Below the pieces are notes generated by a model that did not search any database, was not told where the DNA came from, and saw only the letters and a list, made by a program, of their open reading frames with translations. A stretch of 60,579 nucleotides of DNA from a virus. Taxonomy: Duplodnaviria > Caudoviricetes. Shown here piece by piece: positions 36,570 through 48,383 of the stretch. Every line of letters begins with the position of its first letter. Positions within the stretch are counted from its first letter, which is position 1. The position numbers and the translations under genes were made by a program. Location: positions 1 through 60,579 of IMG/VR virus record IMGVR_UViG_3300026269_000197; one strand, written 5' to 3'.

Positions 36570-39500
36570 ATGGCAGATTTTATTTTAGGTAGACTTAAAT
36601 TTCACTTCAAAGGTGATTGGGTTACCTCAACAGCATATATTAAAGATGATGTTGTAAGATATGGTGGAAATAGTTTCGTTGCTATGGCGAACCATACATC
36701 TTCAGCACTTTTTGAAACCGACCTTACATCAACAAAATGGAAAAAAATGGCAGCTGGGCAAGACTGGAAAGGTGCTTGGGCAGCTACTACATTTTATAAA
36801 GTGGACGATGTTGTACAATGGGGAGGTTCTACCTTCGCTTGTAATGAAGCACACACTTCACAAGCAGATTTATATGACGACACATCAAAATGGACATCTT
36901 TTGTTCCAGGATTTAAATGGACAGGTACTTACACAAATGGTACTGCATACAAAGTTAACGATTTAGCAAAATATGGTGCAAATGTTTATATTTGTTCCGT
37001 AGAACATACTGCCGCTTCTACAATAGATACTGCTAAATTTTCTATGTTCGTATCAGGACTAGAATTTGAAGATTCATACAACGCTGGAACAGCTTACCAA
37101 GCTGGAGACATTGTATCTTATGGTGGATATAATTATGTTGCTAAAGTACAAAGTACTGGCGAAACACCATATAACAATGCTACTAAATGGGAAGTATTAA
37201 CAACTGGTTATAAAATGGTTGGTACCTATGCAGGTGCAACCGCTTATAAAACTGGTGATGTAGTAATGTATGGTGGTCATACTTATGTTGCAAAAACAGA
37301 CGCAACAGGAATTGTACCAACAACAACTGCAACTTGGGATTTATTAAACGAAGGTTTAAAATGGAATGATAGCTGGACTGACGGAGCTGAATATGCTCCA
37401 GGTGACGCTGTTGCTTATGGTTCATCTTCTTATAGATGTAAACTTGCTCATACTGCTACTGCTGTAGCTGGTGACGCTAAAAGACCAGATTACGATACAG
37501 GTGGAGTTTATTGGGACTTACTTGCTGAAGGAGATTCAAACTTTGTTACCACTACAAGAGGTGACTTATTAACTAGAAACGCAACACAGAATGTTAGATT
37601 AGGAATTGGAACAACTGGTTCAATGCTTAAATCTGATGGTACAGATGTTGCTTGGGCACTTGCTCAAACTAACGACAATGTATATTTTGTTGCACCTCAC
37701 GGAACAGACGCTTTACCAAGTACAGACGCTGGTAGAGGAACTTCTTTAGATAAACCTTGGGCGTCAATTAAATACGCTTGTGATTGGTTAAAAGACACAG
37801 GTAACTCTGGATTAGATTACACGGTTACGGTTACAGATTCAACTAACTTTACAATTACTTTAGGCACATCAACTTATGCTCACACATATTCAACTGGTGG
37901 TAAAGTACACAAATCAGATTTTAGTACGGTTAACATAACAAACGCTCCATATAACAATGGAACAGGTGTGGTAACTATTACAACTTCAGGTGCTCACGGA
38001 TTATCAACTAGTGATAAAGTAAAACTATCAGGAATAGTTTATACTTGTTCTGCTGGAACAAAAACTTATCCAAAAGATACGGTTAACAAAACTCTTTATG
38101 TTAAAACTGGAGAGTATACAGAAGCATTACCAATTGTTGTTCCTGCGAACACACAAATGATTGGTGACGGAGTAAGAAGTACAAGAATTAAACCTGCTTC
38201 AGGTAATTCAGTAGTTGCTGGATTAACTAACACACCTAACGCAAGAGCAGATATGCTTAGAGTTAGAAATGGTGTTACCATTACAGGATTTACTTTTTCT
38301 GGAATGACTGGAACAATGGGTGCTGCTGACGCAAATGGCGTAGCAAGACCAAATACTGCTGACGGTGCAACTCGTTCAGGAGTAGTTATTGCTTTAGACC
38401 CAGGAACTGGAACTACAGATACTGCTGCTTGGATAGAAACTAAATCACCATTTATACAAAATTGTACACACTTTGGAACAGGTTCAGTTGGTATTAAGAT
38501 TGATGGTTCACTACACGGTGGTGGATATTCTTCAATTCTTGCAAACGACTTTACACAAATTTCAAGTGATGGTGTTGGTTGCTGGGCATTATCAAATGCT
38601 AAATCAGAATTAGTATCAGTATTCACTTATTACTGCCATCACGGTTATTTGGCTGATAGTGGAGCTGTTATCAGAAGTTTGAACTCTAACAACTCTTATG
38701 GAGAATATGGTTCAACTGCTGCTGGTATTGACGCAAACGAAACACCTTATACAGGTTCAGTAGATTTAAGAAACAATGAAGCTAAAGTAGGAAGAACTTT
38801 AGTTGCTGGTTCTGGAATCGGAAGATTAGAAATGGAATATGCTGGAGAAGGTTATTCTTCTGCTACAATTGCAATCGGAGGTTCTGGTGCTTCAGGTGCT
38901 GTAACCGCTGGATTTAGTGATGGTGCTGTAAAACACATCACGGTTGCAACAACAGGTTCTACACACTTTACAACTTCTGCTTTCGCACAATCAGGAACTT
39001 CAACTACATTAAAACTTGCTGCTTCTGATTCACAACCAGACGATTTCTATAATGGAATGAGAATAAATGTTTACACAGGAACTGGTTATGGTAATACTGG
39101 TATTATCGCTGACTATGTTGCTTCTACAAAAACTTGTTCAGTACAAAAAGAAAATGGTACTGCAGGTTGGGATGTATGGGTAAACTCTGGTTTATCTTCT
39201 GCTACATCTTTTGATACAACATCTGGTTACGAAATAGAACCAAGAGTAGTTTTATCTGGTGGTGGTTCTCCAACAAGAGACGCATTAGCAAGAGCTGTTG
39301 TAGATAATCAACAAATTTCAAAAATTTATATATTAGACGGTGGTGCTGGATATACTTCTGCACCTACGATAACAATTACAGACCCTAACGCTTCAACGGT
39401 TGGTACTGCTACTTCTGAAATAGGAGATGGAGTAATATCACAAACAACGGTTGGAACTGCTGGTTCTGGATACAAAACAGAAACAACAACTGCTACCGTA

Positions 39501-40556
39501 TCTGGTAATGGTTATGCTGAAATATCAAGTGAAGGTACTGCCTTTGTTAGATTAACAGGATTATCAAAATCACCTACAGGTGGAGACATTGTAGAGTTTG
39601 CTGGAATAACTGGACAAGCTTACTATGTTGTGGCGGTTACAGGATATTCTGCTGGTGCTGGATTAGTTAGAGTAAATCCAAAATTTACAACTGCTAATAA
39701 ACCAACTCACGGAGAGACTGCAACTTTAAGAAGTAATTACTCAAACATAAGATTAACAGGACACGACTTCTTGGATGTTGGTACTGGAGATATTACAACA
39801 ACTAATTATCCAAATGTCGCTACACAGGCGCCAGACGCTAATGATGAAATCTTTGAAGCTGATAGAGGAAGAGTATTCTATTCTTCAACAGACCAAGATG
39901 GTAACTTTAGAGTAGGTAATTTATTTAAAATTGAACAGGCAACTGGTAAGGCAACATTGAACGCTGAAGCATTTGACCTTTCTGGACTACAAGAATTAAG
40001 TCTAGGTTCAAGTGCTCAAGGAAACTTTGGTGCTACAATTGCTGAATTTAGTACCGATGGTACTTTGGCAGACAATTCTGATACTGCTTTAGTAACCGAA
40101 AGAGCAATTAAGACATATGTAGATGGACAACTTGGTGGTGGACAAAATGACTTGTCAGTTAACTCATTAACGGCTGGTTCAATTACTGCTACAGGACAAA
40201 CAATATCTACAACAGGATTAAGTGGAACAGATGTAAACTTAACTATTGGTACACAAAACGATGGTATTATTACTCTTTCTGCTCAAGCACAAACAAGTAT
40301 TACACCAACAAGTGGCAACGACCTTGTTAATAAGTCATATGTTGACGCACAAGGAACACCAACATTGCAAACACTTTCTATTGATGATGTAGATTTATCA
40401 TTAAAAAGAAGAGTCATTACAAATGCTAATGAACTTATACAAAAAGAAAGTACTCAATTTGATGGTACGGATGCAACTGAAGGATTTGAATTTATTAACG
40501 GCACAATGCAAATTAATATTGACAAAGCTGGAGATTTGGTAATAGAAACAATATAA
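36570..40556 (+). CDS. large tail fibre/spike protein with N-terminal carbohydrate-binding-like repeats and beta-helix region
   Basis: Six W/Y...TAY..GDVV.YGG repeats; VYFVAPHG.D...KPWASIK, VKTGEY.E, SPFIQNCT, ANDFTQI beta-helix motifs. Confidence 0.8.
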   Translation: MADFILGRLKFHFKGDWVTSTAYIKDDVVRYGGNSFVAMANHTSSALFETDLTSTKWKKMAAGQDWKGAWAATTFYKVDDVVQWGGSTFACNEAHTSQADLYDDTSKWTSFVPGFKWTGTYTNGTAYKVNDLAKYGANVYICSVEHTAASTIDTAKFSMFVSGLEFEDSYNAGTAYQAGDIVSYGGYNYVAKVQSTGETPYNNATKWEVLTTGYKMVGTYAGATAYKTGDVVMYGGHTYVAKTDATGIVPTTTATWDLLNEGLKWNDSWTDGAEYAPGDAVAYGSSSYRCKLAHTATAVAGDAKRPDYDTGGVYWDLLAEGDSNFVTTTRGDLLTRNATQNVRLGIGTTGSMLKSDGTDVAWALAQTNDNVYFVAPHGTDALPSTDAGRGTSLDKPWASIKYACDWLKDTGNSGLDYTVTVTDSTNFTITLGTSTYAHTYSTGGKVHKSDFSTVNITNAPYNNGTGVVTITTSGAHGLSTSDKVKLSGIVYTCSAGTKTYPKDTVNKTLYVKTGEYTEALPIVVPANTQMIGDGVRSTRIKPASGNSVVAGLTNTPNARADMLRVRNGVTITGFTFSGMTGTMGAADANGVARPNTADGATRSGVVIALDPGTGTTDTAAWIETKSPFIQNCTHFGTGSVGIKIDGSLHGGGYSSILANDFTQISSDGVGCWALSNAKSELVSVFTYYCHHGYLADSGAVIRSLNSNNSYGEYGSTAAGIDANETPYTGSVDLRNNEAKVGRTLVAGSGIGRLEMEYAGEGYSSATIAIGGSGASGAVTAGFSDGAVKHITVATTGSTHFTTSAFAQSGTSTTLKLAASDSQPDDFYNGMRINVYTGTGYGNTGIIADYVASTKTCSVQKENGTAGWDVWVNSGLSSATSFDTTSGYEIEPRVVLSGGGSPTRDALARAVVDNQQISKIYILDGGAGYTSAPTITITDPNASTVGTATSEIGDGVISQTTVGTAGSGYKTETTTATVSGNGYAEISSEGTAFVRLTGLSKSPTGGDIVEFAGITGQAYYVVAVTGYSAGAGLVRVNPKFTTANKPTHGETATLRSNYSNIRLTGHDFLDVGTGDITTTNYPNVATQAPDANDEIFEADRGRVFYSSTDQDGNFRVGNLFKIEQATGKATLNAEAFDLSGLQELSLGSSAQGNFGATIAEFSTDGTLADNSDTALVTERAIKTYVDGQLGGGQNDLSVNSLTAGSITATGQTISTTGLSGTDVNLTIGTQNDGIITLSAQAQTSITPTSGNDLVNKSYVDAQGTPTLQTLSIDDVDLSLKRRVITNANELIQKESTQFDGTDATEGFEFINGTMQINIDKAGDLVIETI

Positions 40557-40559
40557 ATA
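40552..40559 (+). promoter_or_regulatory. T4-type late promoter
   Basis: TATAAATA overlapping the stop codon and upstream of 40583. Confidence 0.75.
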
Positions 40560-40582
40560 TAGTTAAATTAGGAAGATAAACA

Positions 40583-43500
40583 ATGGCAACAACAAAACAA
40601 AGAATTGGAAATCTGTTCTTCAATTATCAAGGAGAATATTCAGCTACAAAGACTTATTACCACGATGATGTTGTACAATACAACAACACGGATTGGATTT
40701 GTACAAAGAATTCTGCTACAACAGGAACTGCTCCAGTAGACAATGAAAGAAGATATGTAAGAATTACTAAAGCTGTTTCAGCGAGTACAGGTTCTAACGC
40801 ATACAAATGGGATGGCGAAGCTACTTGGCCGCAAACAGAATTACAATATAAAATTGGTGATACTTTGGTATTATACCAAGATGGAAACGATTTTGATGAT
40901 AACAAAATTGCTTTTTCAGATTCATCTACAAACAAAAATACAAATTTATTCCACAAAGATGTTACCTATTTCTTAAATGGCAAAGCTGTTGGTGCTGGTA
41001 CGGCAACTAATGAATACTTTAATTCATCAGCTTTTAACAATGCTACTAAAAGAGAAATTAGAATAGAATTTACAAGTGAAACACCTAAAGAAATTTATAT
41101 GTTTAACTACGATAATCCAAGTGCCAATTGGGGTCCTAAAATAGTTGTTGCTGACCATTCAATTTGGAAACCGATTAGACAATCATTTAAATGGAGAGGT
41201 GAACACGATAACACAAACGATAGTGGTTCATATCAAACTTATTACGCAAATGACATAGTAAGAATAGTTGTTCCTTTAGATAACGACTTTTCTGAAACGG
41301 TTATGGACCAAGAACATATCCAATCTACAAGAGCAACTTATATTTGTATAAGACAACATACTTGTGATGGTACTGACAAATATTTACCTTGGGACCAAGA
41401 AGCTGATACAGACGACAATAAGTATTGGGAAAGAATTTCTGAAGAAATGCAATTTGACGATGAAATCGTTGAAGATAGTGGAGCTGTTGCTACAATTACA
41501 AATGTATCTGCTGCTTCTCCAAGTAGAAAACAAGGATTTTACAGATATGTAAATTGTAATAACATAACTGCCGCTGCTGAAAATAGTGGCGCAGGAAGAA
41601 CTGGTGGATATAATACACCAATGTTTGATGTTGAAGTAGAAGGTTATCAATCTGCAAAGACTTGGACGATTGAAACAAGTGCTCATTACAAAAGAAAAAA
41701 AGGAAAATACAATAATGTAACCCACACTTCTTCAAGTGGTGGTGGTTCAAACTCCTATTGGGATTTTGAAGTTGACCAAGAAGGAAAAGTAATTAAAGCT
41801 GTTCTTACGAAGAAAAATCTTGGTGGTGATATGGGTGGATTAGGATATGCTGTTAACGAAGAATTAACTTTTGCTGACGCAAGTTTCGGTGGCGGTGGTG
41901 CTGCTGATGTAGTCTTAAAGATAACTGCAATAGGAACTTGGGGTGCATTAAACATAAATTTATGTAAAGACGATAGACAAGGAAGACAACACGCACAATG
42001 GTATAACGACAACGAGGCACCAGTATTTGGTGGAGAAAATAACGCTACTAATGACCAATTAGGATTTGATGGACAAATATTTTATTCTTCTGCCAATGTA
42101 ACCTTTGATGTTGCAAGTACAAGTAAAAAAGCTAGAGGTTATGCTACAAGATTTTCAGGAAATAGATTAGAGTGTATGAGTTTATGTAATACAAATGGTC
42201 CAATTGGAGACGATAACAAGTATTACAGATTACCTGGACAATTCCAACAAGCTAACTGCGTTAACTGGCCGTGTTTTATTAATGGTCGTGGTGGTATTAC
42301 AAGTTGGGGTTCAAACTCAACTGGACAAAACGGAATTAATCAAGGTTCTGTACTAATGGGAGTTGGAATGACTTTCCCATTTACAGATTGGTATAGAAGT
42401 ACAGATAACGGTGGTAGTGGTATTCATACTACTCCTGATGGAGAACCACCTAAAGCTATTCAATTAATATCTGGATATGAAACTGGTATGGCATTATTTA
42501 ACAATGGCGAAATATACCATTGGGGTTATGGAGGTCACGGACAAAGTGGTGACGCTGCTACTTCAACTAGAAGTTATCCAGTAAGATGTGGTGGAACATA
42601 TCAGGAAGTTTATGCTGCTGCTAATGCTTCAACACACACTTTAATGTCTACAAGAATTAAAAGAATATGGATGACTAATTGGGGTGGAGACAATAATACA
42701 AGTACTCATAGTTGCTATGCGTTAGATACTGATGGCGAATTATGGGCGTGGGGTTATAATGGATACGGACAATTAGGAGATAATACTACAACAGAAAGAA
42801 ATAGACCACAAAAAATTAACAAGACTTCTTACTTTAATGGTAATAAGATTGTTGCTTTCTGGACTGCTGGAGCAGGATACGCTTTCTGTTTCGCTTTAGA
42901 TGACGCTGGAAAATTATATAGTTGGGGATACAATGGTTACGGTGTTTTAGGACACGCTAACACAACTAACTTATCAGTACCAACAGAAATTCCATCAATC
43001 ACTTGGGCAAATGGTTCTTCTGATCCTGGTAAGATTAAAAAATTATTAGTTGATTCTCAACAATCATACCAAAGGGTTGCTATTCTTACAGACAAAGGTA
43101 AGATATATTGGTGTGGAAGAAATGAATACGGTTGGGCGATGATGGGAAATACAACAGATGTTAATACATTTACTCAAATGTCTGGTGGACCTGGAAGCGG
43201 AACTAATTCATATTGCGCTAATATGTGGTTTACTGGAAATGGAAGATACGCAAGTTTCTGGACTAAAGATAGTACAGGTGCTATAAAATGTTGTGGTTAC
43301 AATAGTTCTTATGAATTAGGAATTGGAAATAACAACAACCAATCAGCTGCTGTATCACCTAAATGGCAAATTAATGGAACAACAACTGCTGATTTAGAAA
43401 ATATTAAAGACATAGGTTGCAATAGTGAATATGGTAACCAATGGATGTGTAATGTATGGGTATTAACTTACGATGGATTTATGTTTAATACTGGAAGAAA

Positions 43501-43801
43501 CAACTATGGAATTGGTTGTCAAGGTTATTCTTCTAGTTATAATGACAGACAATCAACAAACAATATAGAAGAAACAGATGATTATTACTTCCAAATGCAA
43601 AGAATGCCGAATTATGCACACGGCAGAATCGAAGATGTAAGAGGAAGAGGTTATTACTCAACTGATGGTAACAGATACCACTTTAGAGAAATTAGAACAT
43701 TTGATAACAGGTACTTATTATGGGGTTATGGTGGAGATTATATAATGGGACAAAATGATGGAAATTACCACTCAACTGCTCAACCACCTGTTCTTGGATA
43801 A
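40583..43801 (+). CDS. RCC1/BLIP-II repeat beta-propeller virion protein 1
   Basis: Repeated ALD.DG.L(W/Y).WGYNGYGQLG motifs. Confidence 0.8.
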   Translation: MATTKQRIGNLFFNYQGEYSATKTYYHDDVVQYNNTDWICTKNSATTGTAPVDNERRYVRITKAVSASTGSNAYKWDGEATWPQTELQYKIGDTLVLYQDGNDFDDNKIAFSDSSTNKNTNLFHKDVTYFLNGKAVGAGTATNEYFNSSAFNNATKREIRIEFTSETPKEIYMFNYDNPSANWGPKIVVADHSIWKPIRQSFKWRGEHDNTNDSGSYQTYYANDIVRIVVPLDNDFSETVMDQEHIQSTRATYICIRQHTCDGTDKYLPWDQEADTDDNKYWERISEEMQFDDEIVEDSGAVATITNVSAASPSRKQGFYRYVNCNNITAAAENSGAGRTGGYNTPMFDVEVEGYQSAKTWTIETSAHYKRKKGKYNNVTHTSSSGGGSNSYWDFEVDQEGKVIKAVLTKKNLGGDMGGLGYAVNEELTFADASFGGGGAADVVLKITAIGTWGALNINLCKDDRQGRQHAQWYNDNEAPVFGGENNATNDQLGFDGQIFYSSANVTFDVASTSKKARGYATRFSGNRLECMSLCNTNGPIGDDNKYYRLPGQFQQANCVNWPCFINGRGGITSWGSNSTGQNGINQGSVLMGVGMTFPFTDWYRSTDNGGSGIHTTPDGEPPKAIQLISGYETGMALFNNGEIYHWGYGGHGQSGDAATSTRSYPVRCGGTYQEVYAAANASTHTLMSTRIKRIWMTNWGGDNNTSTHSCYALDTDGELWAWGYNGYGQLGDNTTTERNRPQKINKTSYFNGNKIVAFWTAGAGYAFCFALDDAGKLYSWGYNGYGVLGHANTTNLSVPTEIPSITWANGSSDPGKIKKLLVDSQQSYQRVAILTDKGKIYWCGRNEYGWAMMGNTTDVNTFTQMSGGPGSGTNSYCANMWFTGNGRYASFWTKDSTGAIKCCGYNSSYELGIGNNNNQSAAVSPKWQINGTTTADLENIKDIGCNSEYGNQWMCNVWVLTYDGFMFNTGRNNYGIGCQGYSSSYNDRQSTNNIEETDDYYFQMQRMPNYAHGRIEDVRGRGYYSTDGNRYHFREIRTFDNRYLLWGYGGDYIMGQNDGNYHSTAQPPVLG

Positions 43802-43833
43802 TAAATATAATAGAAGGTAAATAGGAAAACAAA

Positions 43834-46800
43834 ATGGCAAAAATAAATCTCGGTAGAATTAAACTCCAATTCCAAGGAGAGTTCAATAGAGACCAAATGT
43901 ACAGAAGAGACGATATTGTCTACCACTCAAATGCGATGTGGATTATGACAAATGAATATCTTCCAGATGGTTCTAGTGCTTACGCTCCAGGAAGTAAAGT
44001 TCAAGGTTACAATGTAAAAGAAAAAAATATTGTACAAGGTGGACAAGATCCAAACTATAACGGTGCTGACGCATTTAGTTATACACAATATTGGACAGAA
44101 AACGAAAGAAAAGCTGAAAGACAAAGAACAGATAGAGACGGAAATCCTGTTAAATACAATTCAACTTATGGCTCTAACGAAGATGGAGCACACGAAATTA
44201 ATTATAACCAAATAGATACTCAATTAGGAACAATTGTACGCCATCAATCCCACCTAATGGATGAGTATGACGCTATGTTCCGAGAAACAGAAGACGACTA
44301 TTCAGAAATGGATACTTACAATGGTTATGAACAAACTTATTTTAGATACCACTACAGACCAGTAGACAATACTTTTGATGTTGCTGTTAATGTTTCTGGT
44401 GGTGTACCAGATTTCAAAATTGACAATAGAGTAGGTTCATCTACTAAAGGAAGACAATTTGCTGGTTACAGAAACTTTGAGTTTGTTAAAGAAGGTCATA
44501 GATATGCTTTCGTACAACACAAAAATTCAAACAAATTTTATCCGTTAGGATTTTCTTATACTGCCGATGGTATTCATAATACTGGAAATACAGGTAAGTC
44601 ATTAGGACAAGACCACGATGGTCCTTACTATGTTAAAGGTACTGCTTCAAATGGTGATAGTGGTTTCTTTTCTCCATTATACAAAACTGCTGTTGCTGCT
44701 AACGCTGAAGATACAAGACGAGGTGGACAAGGTGTTTCTCACAAATTAACTTTTGACCAAGGTGATGTACCTGGTTATGAAACAACTTCTGTTGCTTTAC
44801 AAGGTTGGTTACACGATGACGGAACACAAAGAAAAGATACACAAGTTTCTGTTCTAACAGACGCTTCTGATAACACTTACTTACAGGTTACAAATGCTTG
44901 GGAAGGAACTACTTCTGGTGGTGCTTCTACAAGAACAAGAAAAACAATTTACTTAAACACAGGTGATTCAACTGAACATCACGCACAAACAGGAACAACT
45001 TATTCTTATGTTTATGTTGATGGTGCTTTACAAGTTGGTTCAAATATAACTGCTGTTATAACACAAAGTAGAGACGATACAACAACTGCTAATAATGGTG
45101 CTGGAAGACAAAGACTATTAGTAAACGGAAAACCTGTTTACCAATTAGTTGCTGAAGCTTCTAATGTTGTTGTTGGTGGTATATCTGGTGCTTATCAGGC
45201 AATAGATAATACTGGTACTGGAACAACTACTGCTTTAGGTTCATCTCCAACTTCTAACGAAGATAAGATTGACCTTTATATGCCTAAACTTACAGACCCG
45301 ACTGAAAATGCGGAAAGAACTTTCCAAATGACGGTTGCTTCTAGTAAATTTAATGTAGATGGTGCTGTACCAACTGCTAATACGGTTAAATTAGAAGAAG
45401 GAAAAACTTATAAGTTTGACCAATCAGATTCTACAAACGCAAGTAAGACATTAAAATTCTCAACAACTAGTGATGGAACACACGCTAGTGGTTCTGCATA
45501 CACAACTGGAGTAACCACTTTTGGAACTCCTGGAAGTGCTGGTGCTCATACAATAATTAAAGTAAGAGCTAATACTGCTAAACTTTATATTTACTGCCAC
45601 GAAAGTGCTTCTCACGGATTTGCAACAGAAACATATGATAGTGCTACAAATTTAGGAAAATCATATGCACCTGCAAACATAATGAAATGGAGAGGTTTTG
45701 GTAAAAACGGATGGGTTAAATATTACCTAGATGGATACCAAGTAGATGAAAATACTTACATTGAGACATTTTTCAATTCAATTGGAGACAATGATGACCA
45801 CGAGTACAGACAAAAAATGGAAAATGGCAAATGGAAAGGTGGAAAACAATACAACTTTGCAAACAAAGGTGAGAGAACGGTTGAGTTATATGTACCTTAT
45901 CAAACAACTCAATCTGAATCAGAAAAAACGGTTATATATCCATTCTGTTTAGAACCAACAACTGCTAGTAGAGCTACTACTGGTATGTACAACGATTTAG
46001 GTTTCTCAATTGAGAAGTCTTGGAGAGGTTACAAACATTGGGACAAATTACAATCATCTTTAAGATTTAGAGGTGAGTATTCTGTTAACACACAATACAA
46101 TCACAATGATGTTGTATCTTACAAACCTTACAAAAGAATATCAACTGGAGAGAAATGGTACAGACACGGTACTGGCTTATATAGAGCTATAAGAGATAAC
46201 AAAGGTAGACCACCTCAACACGGTTTCCAAGAACCAACAAGGTCTCCTTTAATGACTAAATCTTCGGTTACATCAAACAGACTTACTGGTTATGCTGACC
46301 ACGAAAATAATAACGAAACAGGTAAAAACTATCCTCCACATATTCAATCATACCATAATGCTTGGGAATCCTTTGCAGGTATGAACTCGCAAGAACAATG
46401 TGCTGGAGTTTGGTTCCCGAATAGAGGTCCAATCGCTTGGCCGTATAAAGACGGAAGAAGTGAAAATGGTAACATTTACAGATGTCATATGTACATTGAT
46501 AAGAATGGTGCTGTATGGACAATTGGACACGGTACTTCTGCTTCTAATATGGAAAAAGACCGTTCATCTTCATACTTTAGAGAAGTAACCTTTAGATGGA
46601 GAGATTTCTACAATTCAGAAAGTAGAAACGAAGGTGGATACAATCATAGAAAAGGACCTAAATGGTCTCGTTATGATAGAATGAGAACACCAAGAGCTAT
46701 CCAAATAGAAATGTCTTATGACGCAACAATGATTCTATTTGATAACGGAGAAATATTCCACGGTGGATATGGTTCACACGGACAACAAGGTACTGGTTAT

Positions 46801-47922
46801 GACGGTGCTCCTGGTAATGCAATGTCACCTGACGGTGTTGAAGATGTCCACTTCATTAAAATGACAATGAAAATTCAAAACGAAGATTCAATACATACTC
46901 CTTGCGCTTTAACAGACGAAGGTGATGTATATGTTTGGGGTTACAATGGTTATGGCGAAGTTGGTGATGGTAGAACTCAACACGCATACGGACCAAAAAG
47001 AATTCCAAGAGAATGGTTTAATGACGAGAAGATTATAGATATTACTTGCTCAGGCGGTGATAGTACATCTTTCTATGCTAGAACTTCACAAGATAACATT
47101 TATGCTTGGGGAAGAAATAACATAGGTCAATTAGGAGATACAACAACTACAGACAAATACAGACCAGTATTGATGACAGGATTTAATGCTTCTGATAATG
47201 GTGGTATCGCTGTATGGCAAGCTTGTTCTCACTCATCTAACTCTTGTTTCCAAATATTAGATGGAAACGGATATATTTGGAGTACAGGTAAAAACGATTA
47301 TGGTAACTTCTTTGATAACTCAACAACTGATAGAAGTACTATGACACAGGCAACTGCTTCTCCTGCTGGAGATATAGTTGACTTTTGGGCTTGTAGATGG
47401 AACGGATATAGAACAACTTTCGTTAGATTGAAAAATGGAGAGACTTGGACTGCTGGACACTCTGGAGGTTATTACAATTCAGGTGATGGTGGAACAGGAA
47501 CAAATACAAGTCCTGTACAAGTAGATAAGATTAACAACTTAAAAGAAGTTGCAATTTGCAACACTTATTCTGACCAAGGAAGAAGTTATTGGTTAACTGA
47601 TAATGGGGAATTCTTCTGTCAAGGTAGGGATGTTTATTCATCTATGCCTAATCCAATTGCTGGAGATAACTGGACTGGTGAAGATGGAACATACAAACCA
47701 TATCACGCTTATGTACCAGCGGCAACAAGAATAAGAACAATGTGTATTCAAGGTATTGACCAATCAACTAACTACTACGGACTTCAACCAATGGTTGGAA
47801 CGGAAGATGGTCAAGTGCTACTTTGGGGATTTTCTAGTAATAACAACTTGGGACACCACGCAACTGCTACCTGGTCAAACACAGGCAGACCGATGATGTG
47901 GCAAGCTGGTAATGGTAGATAA
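43834..47922 (+). CDS. RCC1/BLIP-II repeat beta-propeller virion protein 2
   Basis: GDVYVWGYNGYGEVG and IYAWGRNNIGQLG repeats; shares its N-terminal module with neighbours. Confidence 0.8.
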   Translation: MAKINLGRIKLQFQGEFNRDQMYRRDDIVYHSNAMWIMTNEYLPDGSSAYAPGSKVQGYNVKEKNIVQGGQDPNYNGADAFSYTQYWTENERKAERQRTDRDGNPVKYNSTYGSNEDGAHEINYNQIDTQLGTIVRHQSHLMDEYDAMFRETEDDYSEMDTYNGYEQTYFRYHYRPVDNTFDVAVNVSGGVPDFKIDNRVGSSTKGRQFAGYRNFEFVKEGHRYAFVQHKNSNKFYPLGFSYTADGIHNTGNTGKSLGQDHDGPYYVKGTASNGDSGFFSPLYKTAVAANAEDTRRGGQGVSHKLTFDQGDVPGYETTSVALQGWLHDDGTQRKDTQVSVLTDASDNTYLQVTNAWEGTTSGGASTRTRKTIYLNTGDSTEHHAQTGTTYSYVYVDGALQVGSNITAVITQSRDDTTTANNGAGRQRLLVNGKPVYQLVAEASNVVVGGISGAYQAIDNTGTGTTTALGSSPTSNEDKIDLYMPKLTDPTENAERTFQMTVASSKFNVDGAVPTANTVKLEEGKTYKFDQSDSTNASKTLKFSTTSDGTHASGSAYTTGVTTFGTPGSAGAHTIIKVRANTAKLYIYCHESASHGFATETYDSATNLGKSYAPANIMKWRGFGKNGWVKYYLDGYQVDENTYIETFFNSIGDNDDHEYRQKMENGKWKGGKQYNFANKGERTVELYVPYQTTQSESEKTVIYPFCLEPTTASRATTGMYNDLGFSIEKSWRGYKHWDKLQSSLRFRGEYSVNTQYNHNDVVSYKPYKRISTGEKWYRHGTGLYRAIRDNKGRPPQHGFQEPTRSPLMTKSSVTSNRLTGYADHENNNETGKNYPPHIQSYHNAWESFAGMNSQEQCAGVWFPNRGPIAWPYKDGRSENGNIYRCHMYIDKNGAVWTIGHGTSASNMEKDRSSSYFREVTFRWRDFYNSESRNEGGYNHRKGPKWSRYDRMRTPRAIQIEMSYDATMILFDNGEIFHGGYGSHGQQGTGYDGAPGNAMSPDGVEDVHFIKMTMKIQNEDSIHTPCALTDEGDVYVWGYNGYGEVGDGRTQHAYGPKRIPREWFNDEKIIDITCSGGDSTSFYARTSQDNIYAWGRNNIGQLGDTTTTDKYRPVLMTGFNASDNGGIAVWQACSHSSNSCFQILDGNGYIWSTGKNDYGNFFDNSTTDRSTMTQATASPAGDIVDFWACRWNGYRTTFVRLKNGETWTAGHSGGYYNSGDGGTGTNTSPVQVDKINNLKEVAICNTYSDQGRSYWLTDNGEFFCQGRDVYSSMPNPIAGDNWTGEDGTYKPYHAYVPAATRIRTMCIQGIDQSTNYYGLQPMVGTEDGQVLLWGFSSNNNLGHHATATWSNTGRPMMWQAGNGR

Positions 47923-47924
47923 AG

Positions 47925-47932
47925 TATAAATA
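47925..47932 (+). promoter_or_regulatory. T4-type late promoter
   Basis: TATAAATA upstream of 47969. Confidence 0.8.
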
Positions 47933-47968
47933 GAAGTATAACAAAAAAAGAAAACGGAGATAAAAACA

Positions 47969-48358
47969 ATGGCAAAAGTAATATATTCAATGACTGCTGG
48001 AATTGGTCAAGGTGATGATTATACTGCTCCTACAGGAGATACGCCTATTAGTTTAGGAGAGTTAAATGGTAAAGCATACTTCTCTATTGATGATGGTAAT
48101 ACTACCATTTCAACTAGTGGTGCAAATGATTCTGTATACGGTGTATCAGTAGTATCAGACGCAGACGAAAAAACAGCAATCAAAAATAGTAGCTCTTATG
48201 TTGAACAAGGTTTAGATAACCTAGACAACGATTTTATGGCAGGTAAAAATATGATAGATTTATTATCAGATGTGGCAGATGACACTTCTGCAACTAAAAC
48301 TGCTATCGCTGACCATAAAACTGCAAAAGCTAATTTTTTGACAAATTTAGGATTTTAA
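47969..48358 (+). CDS. hypothetical protein (possible fibre assembly factor)
   Basis: GGAG RBS; lies between the RCC1-repeat genes. Confidence 0.65.
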   Translation: MAKVIYSMTAGIGQGDDYTAPTGDTPISLGELNGKAYFSIDDGNTTISTSGANDSVYGVSVVSDADEKTAIKNSSSYVEQGLDNLDNDFMAGKNMIDLLSDVADDTSATKTAIADHKTAKANFLTNLGF

Positions 48359-48383
48359 TTAAACAAGTATTAGGGAAAGTAAT

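Noticed and set aside
36570-37530. Tandem repeats as a CRISPR array or DGR target
   Set aside because: The repeats are degenerate protein-level units inside a CDS. There are no identical DNA repeats with spacers, and no reverse transcriptase or TR/VR pair is visible.
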